A stretch of 64,000 nucleotides of DNA, from the NCBI RefSeq assembly GCF_009914755.1, contig NC_060945.1; one strand, given 5' to 3'. Below, piece by piece: positions 1 to 12,954 of this stretch. The stretch's first letter is position 1. Each line of letters opens with the position of its first letter. Under the pieces are notes generated by a model. It saw only the letters and a program-made list of their open reading frames with translations, was not told where the DNA came from and searched no databases. The translations under genes and the position numbers were made by a program. The stretch comes from the human T2T-CHM13v2.0 reference genome, Homo sapiens.

Positions 1-650
1 CAGTATTTCCTTTTCTCGCCGCTTCCACTTTGGTTCATATACCAAGGAATCGTGAGGTCAATGGGTGACAGTTGTTTGTCTGTGTTCACGGCTGTCGGGC
101 GGGGCTGGGTGTGGGTAAGGCTCTGACCGACATCTGAAGAGGCTTCACCCACTGCGGTTTAGGATACATTTTCCTCTCGCTCTGCCAGTAGAACAGGGAG
201 GCTAGTTTTCAATGTGTTCTACAGAAGGATAATTAAGGCAGTGTGTCACCTGCTCGTCTGCTATTTTTAAAAGGAAACAAACATAACCTTTGCATGTGAG
301 AGGCATTGCAAACTAGATGGGAGGAGGCCCGGACCCTGTAACAGTCGTACATTCCGGTCCCAGCTTCGCTGGGGTGCAACTGCAGATAAAAGACGCTGGC
401 TCGACAAAAAGCGCCCCTGGGCTCTGCATTGCCAGCATGCACAATACGAATTGCTAATGATGAGCTGGCTTAGGTAGGAACTGAGGACCCTGAGTGCAGG
501 GCTAACCTCTGCTTCACAGGAGGGGTCCACTGGCGCGCGCTGGAGGCGGGGAGCCTTCGTGATATTTCTCCGAAGGGAAGAGTCCATGCAGCATCCTGAT
601 AACAGGGACCTTGGCTTCATCCCCAACTGCTCGGTGACCCCGATGCGTCA
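1..650. promoter_or_regulatory. CpG-retaining unique segment, candidate enhancer or weak promoter (may extend left of window)
   Basis: About 27 CpGs counted by eye in 650 bp, including GGCGCGCGC near 532-540, against a CpG-poor background; no repeat similarity recognised. Confidence 0.35.
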
Positions 651-840
651 TTTAATTCATTTGTGCCAATATTCCTTTTTCAATCAACCAGTAACTTTGC
701 AGGTTTGTTCAAAGAAGAAATTAAAATGCATTGGAGATGGAAGGCAGCCATCTTCCCGGAGCCCCAGTGCTGACACTGGGAGGGGAACCCCAGGATTCCC
801 TCATGACTGTGTCAGTGATGGCCCTCAACAAGCACTTACT

Positions 841-879
841 GAATGAGTGAATGAATGAATGAATGAATGAATGAATGAA
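841..879 (+). repeat. (GAAT)n microsatellite, probably an expanded L2 3' tail
   Basis: gaatgagtgaatgaatgaat... about 10 units. Confidence 0.85.
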
Positions 880-1265
880 GCCGGCCACAGAGCCCAGGAG
901 TATCAGGGGAGAGCAATACTGGCTGTGTCAGTGGCTAGTCCAGGAGAGCCCTTCAAGAGCCCAGAGTTCGACTTGAACTTGGGACTCCCCTGGGATGGGT
1001 GAGGTTCTCTCAACAGCAGTTGACAGGAGGGAACTGGGACAGGCCCAGCCAGTTTCATTCAGTCCAGCCAGCTGTGGCTCCTCTTTAGGAATGTGGCCAG
1101 GCCCAGCTGTGGCCAAAGCACCAGCCAGTCCCTCAGTTCTGAACAGAACGTGCCCAGCATCAGTGCCTTCATTTGTTTTTAAACTGCCTGCTGACCATCC
1201 ACAAAGTTAAGATGACAGCTGGGACTTAAGTTGTGAGGAACCAATGGCTCCCCCATCACTCTCTC

Positions 1266-1885
1266 TCACACACACGCACATGCACACACACAGAGACACA
1301 CAGACACACACACATGCACACACACAGAGACACACAAACACACATGCACACACACAGACACACACACGCACATGCACACACACAGACACACACACGCACA
1401 TGCACACACACAGACACACAGACACACACACATGCACATACACAGACGCACATAGACACATGCACAGAAGCACACAGACACATATACAGACACACACAGC
1501 ATGCACACAGACCCACATACACATACACACAGACACACACATACACCCACACATGTGAAAACACACACACAAAGACACATACATACACACAGGTGCAAAG
1601 ACAAACACACAGACACACATAAACACACATATATATACACAGATACACACACTGACACACACAAACATGCCCACAGACACATACACAGACACAAAGACAG
1701 ACACACATACACATAGATGTATGCACACAGACACACAGAAGCACACAAACACAGACACACAAACACACAGGCACACAGAAGCACACACACACACATACAC
1801 ACAAAGACAGACACATATAAACACACATATACACACATGCACACACATATATACACACAGACACACAGGCAAACACAGACACACA
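1266..1885. repeat. ~620-bp degenerate (CA)n/(TG)n tract with a 28-34 bp higher-order unit in its 5' part
   Basis: Alternating CA interrupted by GA/TA/TG; CATG recurs at 1279, 1313, 1343, 1371, 1399, 1431, 1459. Confidence 0.95.
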
Positions 1886-2464
1886 ATGGATGGTATCGAT
1901 ATCTATGAACAGATGAGAGAGAGAGACAGAGCAGGAGGTCATCTGCTCCCCACCCCTCTTCTCCCCACTGTCACCACCTCTCTCCCAAGTCTAGCTGCAG
2001 GCCCTGTGAGCTGTGGAAGTGGCTTTTTTAAGCTGTCTTCTTAGATTGAGTCATTGGGCAGTGAGGAAGGTAAATTTTCTCTAAGAAGCCTCCCAAATCT
2101 GTATCTTATGGGATTTCCGTCTCAATAATTGAGCTAATAGTACCTGTAAGCAAGTGGATAGTCAATAAAAAAAAAATACCGGCTGTAAGAACGAATGAAT
2201 GAATGAGTGGATGAGTGGATGAGTATACATCCTCTATTTTGCTGGCATCATGATTATTTTACAGCAGATTTATCTGGATTTCAATATAAAATAAGAGCTC
2301 CCATTTGTATACAACTTAGTCCTTGTAATTTTCCAAAGTAACTCTGATTAAAATTATTTCCAGCCAAACTATTTAGGCAACTGGGTTGGTTTCACACGTA
2401 CTTATCAGAAACCATTAGAATGGTATATTGATTGCATTTCTAGACATTTGCCATACCACCATGG

Positions 2465-2985
2465 CAACTGTATTTCCCAAGATGGCCCAGTAGGATGTCC
2501 CATCATGCATAACCTTCTATAAAGTGACATTGACTTTGCTTCCATCAGAAAGTGAGGTCCACGTTCCCACTCCTTGAATCTGAGTTGGGCTGTGACTACA
2601 GCAGAAGTTCAGCTATGTGGCTTCCAAGGCTACCTTGGAAAGGTGATAGAGCTTCCACCTGATTTTCTTGGGAACAGCCACTCTTAAACCTCAGCCACCA
2701 TACGGGGAGAAAGCCCAAGCCATGTGACGAGGCCATTTGTAGGTGTTCCAGTCATCAGTCCCAGCCCACAGCCAGCATTAACCCCCAGAGGTATAAATGA
2801 AGAAACCAAGATCACTCCAGCCCCAACCGGCACTTGACTGCAAACCTATAAGAGACTCCAAGCAAATAATATCTATCTCAGCCCAATCAAGCCCTGGAAC
2901 CATGAGAGATTCTAAATAATAAAGTGATCATTGTGATTTTAAGCCACTGAGTCCTGCAGTGAGTTGTTATATAGCAACCGGGCAT
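2465..2985 (+). mobile_element. MaLR solo LTR (MLT1E/F-like)
   Basis: MLT1-type 3' end ttttaagccactgagt...ttgttatatagcaa and internal ccttgaatctgagttgggctgtgact. Confidence 0.7.
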
Positions 2986-3577
2986 CGGCATACCATCAGA
3001 AGATTCCTTAAGAAGAAACTTTTGCAACGTTGCTACAGCAGAAAATATTCCTTCTGTATGATCATTCATCCATTCATCAATCTTGATTGGCATTGCCTAT
3101 GTGCTAAGCATTGTCGGTCACTGGAGGTGCAGAAAAGAAGTGAAGCAGTATTCAGCCAAACAAACAACTTGCATATTGGATAGAGAGAAAAATATGCCAA
3201 AATTACAACAGTATTTTGACCCAACAGAAAGGACATAAGAAGGGAACATCAACAGTTCCTTCCTATTCTTTTCCACCCTTTTTCTTTCTAGGCTCATTAA
3301 ATGTAGAGGTGCCTCAGGGTCACTTTGCCCCATGAGAGTAGATACCCTCCTCTCCCATCCCTAACTTTGGTCTTCACTCTATGCCTGATACCAGCAGCTC
3401 CCCAGGCTCCTCCATGCTGTTGGCACCCCATTCCCATTCTCTGGAAACATCTCAGCCCATCAACCTCAGATTACTTTCCCAAGGAGATGTGAGAAAACTT
3501 CAATTTTCCCCTTTGTGACTTGCAGAGAAATAGGGGTGGTAAATGAGAAGCAGAGGGAGAGGGTGGGGATTCATTAC

Positions 3578-3586
3578 CTTGAGTTA
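3578..3586 (-). other. Candidate 9-nt microexon TAACTCAAG
   Basis: Minus strand reads gcttttctctttag|TAACTCAAG|gtaatg; splice-signal pattern only. Confidence 0.25.
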
Positions 3587-4378
3587 CTAAAGAGAAAAGC
3601 TCTAGTGTTTAGAAGGTGCTGTTATTATTTTCTCTGAAACATTAGCTCCTAGAAATCAGAGGCTCTGTCCCTAGCATGGTCTCTAAGGCTTCCAGGACGC
3701 CCCGGGGGCTTCCCTCAGTCAATTTTGACTCTAATGAGAGCCATCTGGAAGGCTGCAATGGTGGGCCTGGCTGATCACTGGAGGGGCCTTCGCTGTGGGC
3801 ACAGGGACGTGCACAGGTTCACAGAGTGTGTCTCCGTTTCTGGGAACCATGGTCCTGTGTGCTCCTTCCCCAAAGAAAGCAGGAGAAAGAAAAACCACAG
3901 TCCTGAGTGGGATTCTCCCCAAACATCTAAAAAGCTTCTTTAAAGAAGTCAAGTTATCATAATTAAACTCACATATGGAATGCCTATAGACAACGTGTTG
4001 CTCTTCCAATCCCAGGGAGCTAGGACACCCAAAACTCACCTCCCAGACGGAGCTAGGATTTGAGATACTGGATTCCACATTACTTAAAGCTGTTCGAGCT
4101 TTTCATCAGGAATGGAAAGCATTAATGCGTCTCACACGTCACTCTCTGTTTCATGGAATTCTTACACTGGGGAGCTCTTTTTATTTTACTATTTTTCTTT
4201 AACAGCCAGAACACTGAGAAGTTTGCAAAGAAATTTTTCAGCTGCCTTTAGTGACCCTTAACTCAAGAGGTTTTGCCTAATCTGTAAATTGGAGTTGAAA
4301 ATATTTCAGTACTTTTGGAGTGGGGAGCTTTTTGTCTTTAAAAGAGTGGAACGACACTAACAATAGGGCTATACATAC

Positions 4379-4399
4379 CTTGTGCTTCTTTGTCAGTTA
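4379..4399 (-). other. Candidate 21-nt microexon TAACTGACAAAGAAGCACAAG
   Basis: Minus strand reads gctgatacttcacatctggttttggtttgcag|exon|gtatgt; open only in phase 1 (xTDKEAQx). Confidence 0.3.
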
Positions 4400-5507
4400 C
4401 TGCAAACCAAAACCAGATGTGAAGTATCAGCGGCTACCTCGTAGTGACCCATGGAAGTTGAGGCTAATCCATATCATTCTTAATAACTCAAAACTGCCAC
4501 CTTTTAACCACCTAATTTTTTTCTCACTTACAAATGCAAAAAAAGGAATTGACAGTACACATTGAAATCGATTTTCCCCTGACCACTTACAGATTTTCTC
4601 CTATAAGAGCCAGGAATAAAAGCTCACTCCATTATATCAAGCAGCCATCATCTGAGTATGCTTTAGTTTAGGTGATCATCACCTTTAACAAACCAAGATC
4701 TGGAAGGAAGATTTCTGATCTTTAACAAACCAAGATTTGAAAACTAGATATTCCTGTCATGACCTTTTCCCAACATTCAGTATGTAAGGGATTCACTGGA
4801 TTATTAGACTGCTTGTAAATGTAAGAAAACATAGAAGGTTTAGTGTGAAGGAGTTAGCAACCTAACAAATGTTTCCCCCTGAATTTTCAATAACCTTCCT
4901 GAATTTAAAGGTAATGAATATAAATGAAGAACAAAATCAATAGATATAGGAATGATTCACAACCTCCCAAATGAATAAATCAATCATTCCACCCTACATT
5001 TGAACATTCAATCAATATTTTGTCTATTTACTAAATCTAAGAGGAACTACTTTAACATAAAACTAAATATGAAATTATTTCCAGCATTGAATATTGTGTT
5101 TTGCCTTAGAGCAGGCACAAAGTGGAATGCCTATGGGTACAAAGCTAGGCATTGATTGATGTTTAATACCTACAAATACAGCAATTACACTGTCATGCTA
5201 CACGAGACTTCCTATTCCTACACTGAAATTAGACTGCACATATGTAGGGATAAAAGATAAGACACAATCATATCATATTTCCTCAAATCTAAGACTTTGG
5301 GTGGTAAGATGTAAAGCACATCATGATTTAAAGTATCACTAGGAAAGAAAAAACAATTCTGCCAATGAAAATTCACCGTAATACTTTCTAATCAATCAAT
5401 TTTAAGATACATCCCAATTTTTAAGCAAGAATAAATGTGTTAAAATTAACACAAATTGGTACACTTGTGATACATCAGAAGCACTAAAATGTCACAGCAA
5501 TAGACCA

Positions 5508-5730
5508 CAGGGTTTCTCAACCTTGGCAGCATCAACATTTTGGGTTGGTTAATTATCTGTTGTGGGGGCTGCCCTGTGCATGGCAGGATGTTTGCTAGCA
5601 TTCCTGGCCTCTACCCACTAGATGCCAGTAACACCTCGCAGACTCCAATTATGACAACCAAAACTGTCTTTAGACATGGCCAACTGTCCCTAAAGGTGCA
5701 ACCAAAAACTGTCCCAGTTGAGAACCACTG
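5508..5730 (+). mobile_element. MER20 hAT-Charlie DNA transposon
   Basis: Termini cagggtttctcaacc ... gttgagaaccactg; internal cctggcctctacccactagatgccagta typical of MER20. Confidence 0.9.
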
Positions 5731-5869
5731 GAACAGAGCAATTCGGTTTTATCAGCCTTGTAATATAATTGTGTGTGTGCACTGTGTGCATGACAGACTG
5801 TCAGCCTAATGGAAGGTATATTGTCAGATGGGATAGATTGACCTGAAAAAATCACATAAACCAACAGCT

Positions 5870-6420
5870 GGTACATATACAAGAGTGTGTCCTGCCCATC
5901 CTAACCCACACAATGCAAAAGAACCTGGATGACCACGAGTCACCATCACAGGAGTTTACTATCCATAAGTGTAAACCATCCAAGAAAAGTGAAAACAGAT
6001 TAAAGAAAATAAAAATAAATAAACCACCACACAATATTTGGGCCTAGCCAGATAACAACAATGAAAAAATGTAATATTTTGAAGTATTGGCAAGAATGTG
6101 GAGGAAAAAGCATTGACATTCGTGTATAATGGGAATAAAATAATTTATCCTTTGTCTCCGCAATTGATATTCTAGAAATCTATTTTTTAGAAATACTCAC
6201 AATAGACAGTTATAAGTACAAAGGATGTCTGCTATTACACTGCTCAGTAACAGTAAAATATGAAAATACACTGTACGTCTTTCAATCAGATATTGAATAA
6301 TTATACTACACAGTATTAAGAATGAGATAGATATTAATGTACTGCATAGAAAATATTCAAAGTATAATAAGTTTTAGAAAATTATCACATATGTATATTA
6401 GCATATGCAGAGAAAACATC
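5870..6420 (+). mobile_element. Old L1M (L1ME-like) 3' fragment
   Basis: Highly diverged L1 3'-region motifs (aagtattggcaagaatgtggag, gatattctagaaatctat). Confidence 0.4.
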
Positions 6421-6618
6421 TTAAAATACAAATTTCAGTTTTGAGGTTTGGATCATGGAGTAACTGCCCCCTTTTCAAGTCAAACAGTTGAGAAAATTTA
6501 GGATAAAACAAGTGTGTGCTACCTTTGTAATCAGATAAAGTATTTTAAAATAATTCACATTATAATATAGAAATACTGAAATGCCAAGAAAATTTAAATA
6601 TATTAATTAAAACCTACG

Positions 6619-6936
<318 letters not shown>

Positions 6937-7399
6937 TTATAGAATACATAAATATATTAATATAGCTACAAAGAGGTTGAAGCTTATTCATTGAGACAAG
7001 AGTATTTATTGAGCATCGACTTTATTAAATACACTGTTAGTAAGATAACAAGTGAAACTTGTTAAAAAAAAAGAAACTAGGACAAAAGAAATTTGAGTTG
7101 AGTTCCCCAAAAACAGGGAATATTCAGATTGTAGGGGAAATTGGGTAAAGGATTTGTTTCAGCATGAAAGGAGCAAGGAGCAAAGAAACTAAATGGGAGG
7201 TTATGCTGAGAAGTATATCAGTATGAGGAAATATCTTGACATCTACAGACAAATATTTGTTGCCAATTCATTTTGGGCATTGAGGATTCACAAGAATAAT
7301 TAAAAACACGTAATATAAAATCCTTCTGATTAGAGCACATTTTATGGCACTGCATAAAGAGATGGCTGTGGGAGTCATTTATATTTTAATACTAACTTG

Positions 7400-9048
7400 A
7401 ACAAGGCTTGGTTCTGCAAATAAAACAGAAGAGTAAATATGAAGTGGAGCACATAATAATGTTACTGTTTCTGTGGGTGAGCTTCCATAGGAAAGAGGCA
7501 AAGGCATCAATCTCAAAAAGTTAGAAAAACCCAAAGAAAGAAGAAGAAAAATAACAAATGAGAACAAAATTGAGAAAATTGTAAATAATATGGTAGAGAA
7601 GATAAACAAAACCAAATCTGGTTCTCTGAAAAGATTAGTTATGTGTAAGTCACTGGTGATTACAGAGAGAAAAGAGGGAAGGTTAAAATAACCAAAGTCA
7701 ACAATAAAAAGGGGGCTATTACTACAGATGCTGTAGACATTGGAAGGATAATAGAATATTATGATCAATTTCCTATCAATAAATGTGAAAAATTAGTTGA
7801 AATACATAATTGGAAAATATAATTTACCAAAACTGTCAAAAGAAAAAACACAAAACCTGAACTCCTATAATTATTAAAGACATTGATTGAAAAATCTCAG
7901 ACCTCTTAAAGGACAACTCCAAAAATAAAAAAATAAAAAAAAGAAAGAAAGTTCCAGGCCAGACGGATTTATCAGCAAATTCTAACATGCATTTAAAAAA
8001 AAAAGGATGCCACTCTTACATAAGCTTTTCAGATAAAAGAAAAGAAAGCTTGATACCAAAATGTAGCTAGAAAATTATTTAAAAAGGAAAATTATGGGTC
8101 AATTTCATACATAAACATAGATGCAAAATCCTAAATAAAATTCTAGAAAACAAAACCCAACAGTATATACGACAATAATATATATTGTGAACAAACTGGA
8201 TTTATTTTAAGAATGAAAGCTTGTTTCAATCAAATAATCAAATTTACATTGTAAAGAAAATTTATATAACTTTAAACAAAAGAAGAAAAGCACTTAATAA
8301 CATTCAACATTCATATTAAAAATTCTTAGTAAATTAGAAATAAAGAGGAAGTTTATAAATCCTACAAATTGATAAAAGGAATCTACCGAAACCTACAGTA
8401 AACCACACATTTTCATGTCAAAACTTTAAAATTTAATCATTTGAAGTTGGGGGAAAAGACAAAGAAGCCCCACATATTACCGCATTTGTCTGAAATTGAA
8501 TTGGCAGTCTTAGTTAGTAAAGAAGGCAAGGAAATGAAATGCAATGTTAAAGGATTGGGAAAAAGTAAATAAAACTTTATTTACAGATGACATCATTTTT
8601 TTACACAGAATTTCCAAGAGAATTTGGAAATAAGTCATTAGAATTAATAAATGAGTTTTAAAAGTTTGCTAGATACAAGGTCAATATAGAATTTTAGTTT
8701 TATATATCAGCATAAACATCAATAGAAATCAAAATTTTTAAGTGATACTGTTTTCATTAGCATTAAAAATACCTTACAATATGGACATAAATCTAACATA
8801 ATACGTGCAGAACCTCTACACCAAAAACTACAAAATATTATTAAAAGAAGACCAAAATAAATGGATAGATATATTCATGGATTGAAAAACTTAATAATCA
8901 AAGGTAGAATTTTCTTCAAATTGATCAATAGATTCAATGCAGATGCATTCAATATTTCAACAAAGTTTTTGTGAAACTTGAGTGATTCTAAAATATGTAT
9001 GGAAATGCAGAGTCAAAAACAGACAAGATGCTCTTAAAGAAGAGTGAG
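7400..9048 (+). mobile_element. Old L1M ORF2 remnant, 5' part (continues at ~12085)
   Basis: Diverged ORF2 motifs (aaacatagatgcaaaatcctaaataaaa, ttacagatgacat, tagattcaatgca). Confidence 0.75.
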
Positions 9049-11993
9049 AAATACAAAAGATTATCAGAGACTATTACAAACTGGAAAACCTAGAGGAAAT
9101 GGATACATTTCTGAACACATACAACCTGCCAAGATTGAATCAGAAAGAAACTGAAAACTTAAACAGACCAATAACAAGTAATAAGATTGGATAGGAAAAA
9201 AAATCTCCCAACAAAGAAAAGTCAAGGACCAGATGGTTTCACTACTAATTCTACCAAACTTAGAAAGAAGAACTAATACCAATCCTCACCAAGCCATTTC
9301 AAAAAATTAAAGAGGAGAGAATTCTTCCTAATTCATTCTATGAGGCCAACATTACCCTCATAACAAAATCAGACAAGAACACAACAAAAAAGAAAACTAC
9401 AGGCTGATATTCCTGATGAACATCACTTCAGTTCAGCATGGATACAGGCCAATATTTCTGGTGAATATAAGTTTTCTAGTATTTTGTTCAGCAAAAGCTA
9501 TCAACAAAATATTAGTAGCCTGAAACCAACAGCACATCAAAAAGATAATGCACCATGGTCAAGTGGGATGTATCCCAGAGATGCAAGGATGGTTCAACAT
9601 ACACAAATCAATAAATATGATACATCACATCAATAGATAAAAACAAAAACCATATGATCATATCAATAAATGCAGAAAAGGCATCTGATAAAACTTAACA
9701 TTGTTTCATAGTAAAAGCTCTCAACAAACTAGGTACAGAAGAAACATACCTCAATATATTAAAGTCCATACATGATTAACCCACAGCTAACATTATACTG
9801 AACGGGGAAAGGCGGAAAGTCTCTCCTCTAAGAACTGGAACAAGACAAGGATTCTCATTTTTATCACTTCTATTCAATATAGGACTGGAAGTCTTAGCCA
9901 GAGCAATCAGGCAAGAGAAAGCAATAAAGGTCATCCAAACTGGAAAAGAAGTCAAATTGTCCCTCTTTGGAGATGACATGATCTTACATCTAGAAAAACC
10001 TACAGACTCCACCAAAAAACTCTTAGGTTTAATTAAAAAATTCAGTAAAGTTGCAGGATACAAAAAAATCAGTAGCATTTATATACCCAATAATGCACTG
10101 GCTGAGAAAGAAATCAAGAAGAAAATCCCATTTACAATAGGTATAAGGAAAAAATATCTAGGAAAAAAATTAACCAAGGAAGCGAAAAATCTCTACAAAA
10201 AAACTACAAAACACTAATGAAAGAAATGGAAAAGGACACAAACAAATGAAAAGACACTGCATGGTCATGGATCAGAAGAACTAATATCATTAAAATGACC
10301 ACACCACCCAAATAAATCTACAGATTCAATGCAATCCCTGTTAAAATATTAACGTCATTTTTCACAAGAATAGAAAAAAACAATCCTAAAATTTATATGA
10401 AAGCAAAAAGGAGCCTGAATAGCTAAAGGAACCCTGAACAAAAACAACAAAACTGGGAGCATCACATAACCTGACTTCAAAATATATTACAAGGCTCTAG
10501 TAACCAAAAGAGCATGATACTAGTATAAAAACAGACGCATAGACCAATGGAACAGAATTGATAACCCAGAAATAAATCCACATATTCACAGCCAACCGAC
10601 TTTCAACAAAGGCATCAGTAACATACATTGGGAAAAAGACACCCTCTTCAATAAATGGTGCTGGAATAATTGGATATCCATATGCGAAAGAATAAAACTG
10701 GACCTCTATCTCTTGCCATATATAAAAATCAACTCAAGGTAGATGAAAGACTTAAACTTAAGACCCCAAATTATAAAACTATTAAAAGAAAATAGAGAAA
10801 ACATTTCAGGACATTGATCTAAGCAAAGATTTGATGGCTAAGACCTCAAAAGCACAGGCAAGAGAAAACAGACAAATGAGACTATATTAAACTAAAACAC
10901 TTCTGCACAGCAAAGGAAAGAAAACAACCAGCAGAGTGAAGAGACAACCTGTTGAATGGGATAAAATATTTGTAAACTGTTCATCTAGTAAGAGAAAATC
11001 CAGAATATACACAAAACTCAAACAACTCAACAATTAAAAAGAAAACTTTTACAAAGTGGGCAAAGAACGTCAATAGACATTTCTCAAAAGAAGACACAGG
11101 AATGGCCATCAAGCATATGAAAAAAAATACTCAATATCACTAATCATCAGGGAAATGCAAATCAAAACCACAATGAGATATCATCATACCTTAGTTAGAA
11201 TGGCAATTATTAAAAAGACAAAAAATAACAGATGCTGGCCAGAATGCAGAGAAAAGGGAACTCTTCTACACTGTGAGTGGGAATGTAAATTAGTACAGCC
11301 ACTATAGAAAACAGTAGAGATTTCTCAAAAAACTAAAAATAAGACTCAATATAATCCAGATATCTCACTACTGGGTATTTATCTAATGAAAAAGAAATCA
11401 GTATATCAAAAAGATACTTGCACCCACATGTTTACCGCAGCACTATTTACCATAGCAAAGACATGAAATCAACCTAAATGTCCATCCACAGATGAAATGG
11501 TAAACAAAATGTGGTACATATACACAATGGAATACTATTTGGCCATAAAAATAAGGAAATCATGTCACTTGCAGCAACATGGATGGAACCGGAGGTCATT
11601 ATGTCAAGTAAAATAAGCCAAGCACAAAGGACAAATACCACATGTTCTCACTCCTATGTGGGAGCTAAAAATGTTAATGTCATGGAGATAGAGAGTGGAA
11701 TGATGGTTACCAGAGGCTGAGCAGAGAGTGGGAGTGGAGAGGAAGAGAGTTTGGATAATGGGTACAAACATACAGTTAGATAGAAGGAATAAGTTCTGAT
11801 GTTGTATAGCAGAGTAGCTGACTATACTTAACAAAAATGTATTGTATAGTTCAAATCAGCTAGAAAAGAGGACTTGCAATGTTCCTGACACATAGAAATG
11901 AGAAATACCCAAGGTGACAGACACCCCAAAACCCTGACTTGATCATTACACATTCTATGCATGTAACAAACTATCACATGTACCCCATAACTA
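9049..11993 (+). mobile_element. L1MA (L1MA4-like) 5'-truncated, ORF2 3' part plus 3'UTR, nested in older L1
   Basis: Disrupted ORF2 including RT motif [14 protein letters not shown] (9957-); L1MA-type 3'UTR ccctgacttgatcattacacattctatgcatg; TSD-like tcttaaagaagagtgag / tcttaaaaaaaagagtgag. Confidence 0.9.
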
Positions 11994-12005
11994 TGTGTGT
12001 GTGTG

Positions 12006-12056
<51 letters not shown>
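11994..12056 (+). repeat. Compound STR (TG)6 + (ATCT)12 in the L1 tail
   Basis: Direct count: 12 perfect ATCT units at 12007-12054. Confidence 0.95.
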
Positions 12057-12084
12057 TTATAGTATCCATTTTTAAAAGGCAAAT

Positions 12085-12950
12085 CTTAAAAAAAAGAGTG
12101 AGGTAGGACAACCTGCTCTACTAAACATTTTTATAAAGGCACAGCAATTAGGTCAGAATAGTGTTCATGCAGGTAGAAACAAATCAGACAATGGAAAAGA
12201 AAGGAAAGTTCAGAAACAGATTCACACATATATGGACACACTTGATTTTTGACGAAGGTGGCAGTTGATTTTTTTTTACAAAGGGGCAGAGTAGTTAAAA
12301 AAGGGAGAAACTGTTGGTAAATGATGCTGGAAAATGAGAAATCCACATGAGAAACAGAAACTTGAGAAGTAACTCATAACATCACAAAAATTGATGTCAG
12401 ATAAACTATAAATCTAAATATGACAAGCAAAAACTATGAAGTTTCTGGAACATAATATAGAAAACTATATTCCTGACTTGGGAAGGGAAAGATTTTAAAA
12501 ACAAGGCACAGAAACACTAAGAGTAAAGGAAAGACTAATAAATTGAACTGCATTAAAATAAGAAAAAAATTAGGAACTTAAATTTTCATCAAAAGACACT
12601 ATTAAGAGAATCAAAAGGCAATGCATGGAGTGGAAGATGATATCTTTAACACATCTAATCTACTATTCATATCCAGAATATGTAAAGAACCCCCATCAAT
12701 CAATAAGAATACACACAAGTCAGAATACACACAAGGAAAAACAGGGAAGAAACTGCACAGGCAGTCATAAAAGAGGATATCCAACTGCTCATTAAAAGGT
12801 CTTCTACTTCATTAGTAAAGCAGGAAGTACAAATTAAAACCTGAATGAAATAACACCACAGATACATCAGAATGTCTAAAACAAAGACTAACAATGTTGG
12901 TGAAGATGTGGAGCAATAAGAACTCTCACACACAGCTGGAGTTTAGAAAA
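12085..12950 (+). mobile_element. Old L1M ORF2 remnant, continuation
   Basis: Resumes the ORF2 position interrupted at ~9048 (aaatcagacaatggaaaaga...catcaaaagacactattaagaga). Confidence 0.75.
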
Positions 12951-12954
12951 CATC

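Noticed and set aside
1207-2044. Long overlapping ORFs (up to 228 aa) of Cys-Val or His-Thr
   Set aside because: Artefacts of the stop-poor CA/TG repeat
4591-4600. 10-nt minus-strand microexon-like pattern (tatag|GAGAAAATCT|gtaagt); a similar 11-nt pattern lies near 250-260
   Set aside because: Not multiples of 3 and weaker signals; they show that such patterns arise by chance, which lowers confidence in the 21/9-nt pair
9776-11834. ORFs with RT-like motifs (SLFGDDMIL)
   Set aside because: Frameshifted remnants of L1 ORF2, not a functional gene or a novel reverse transcriptase system
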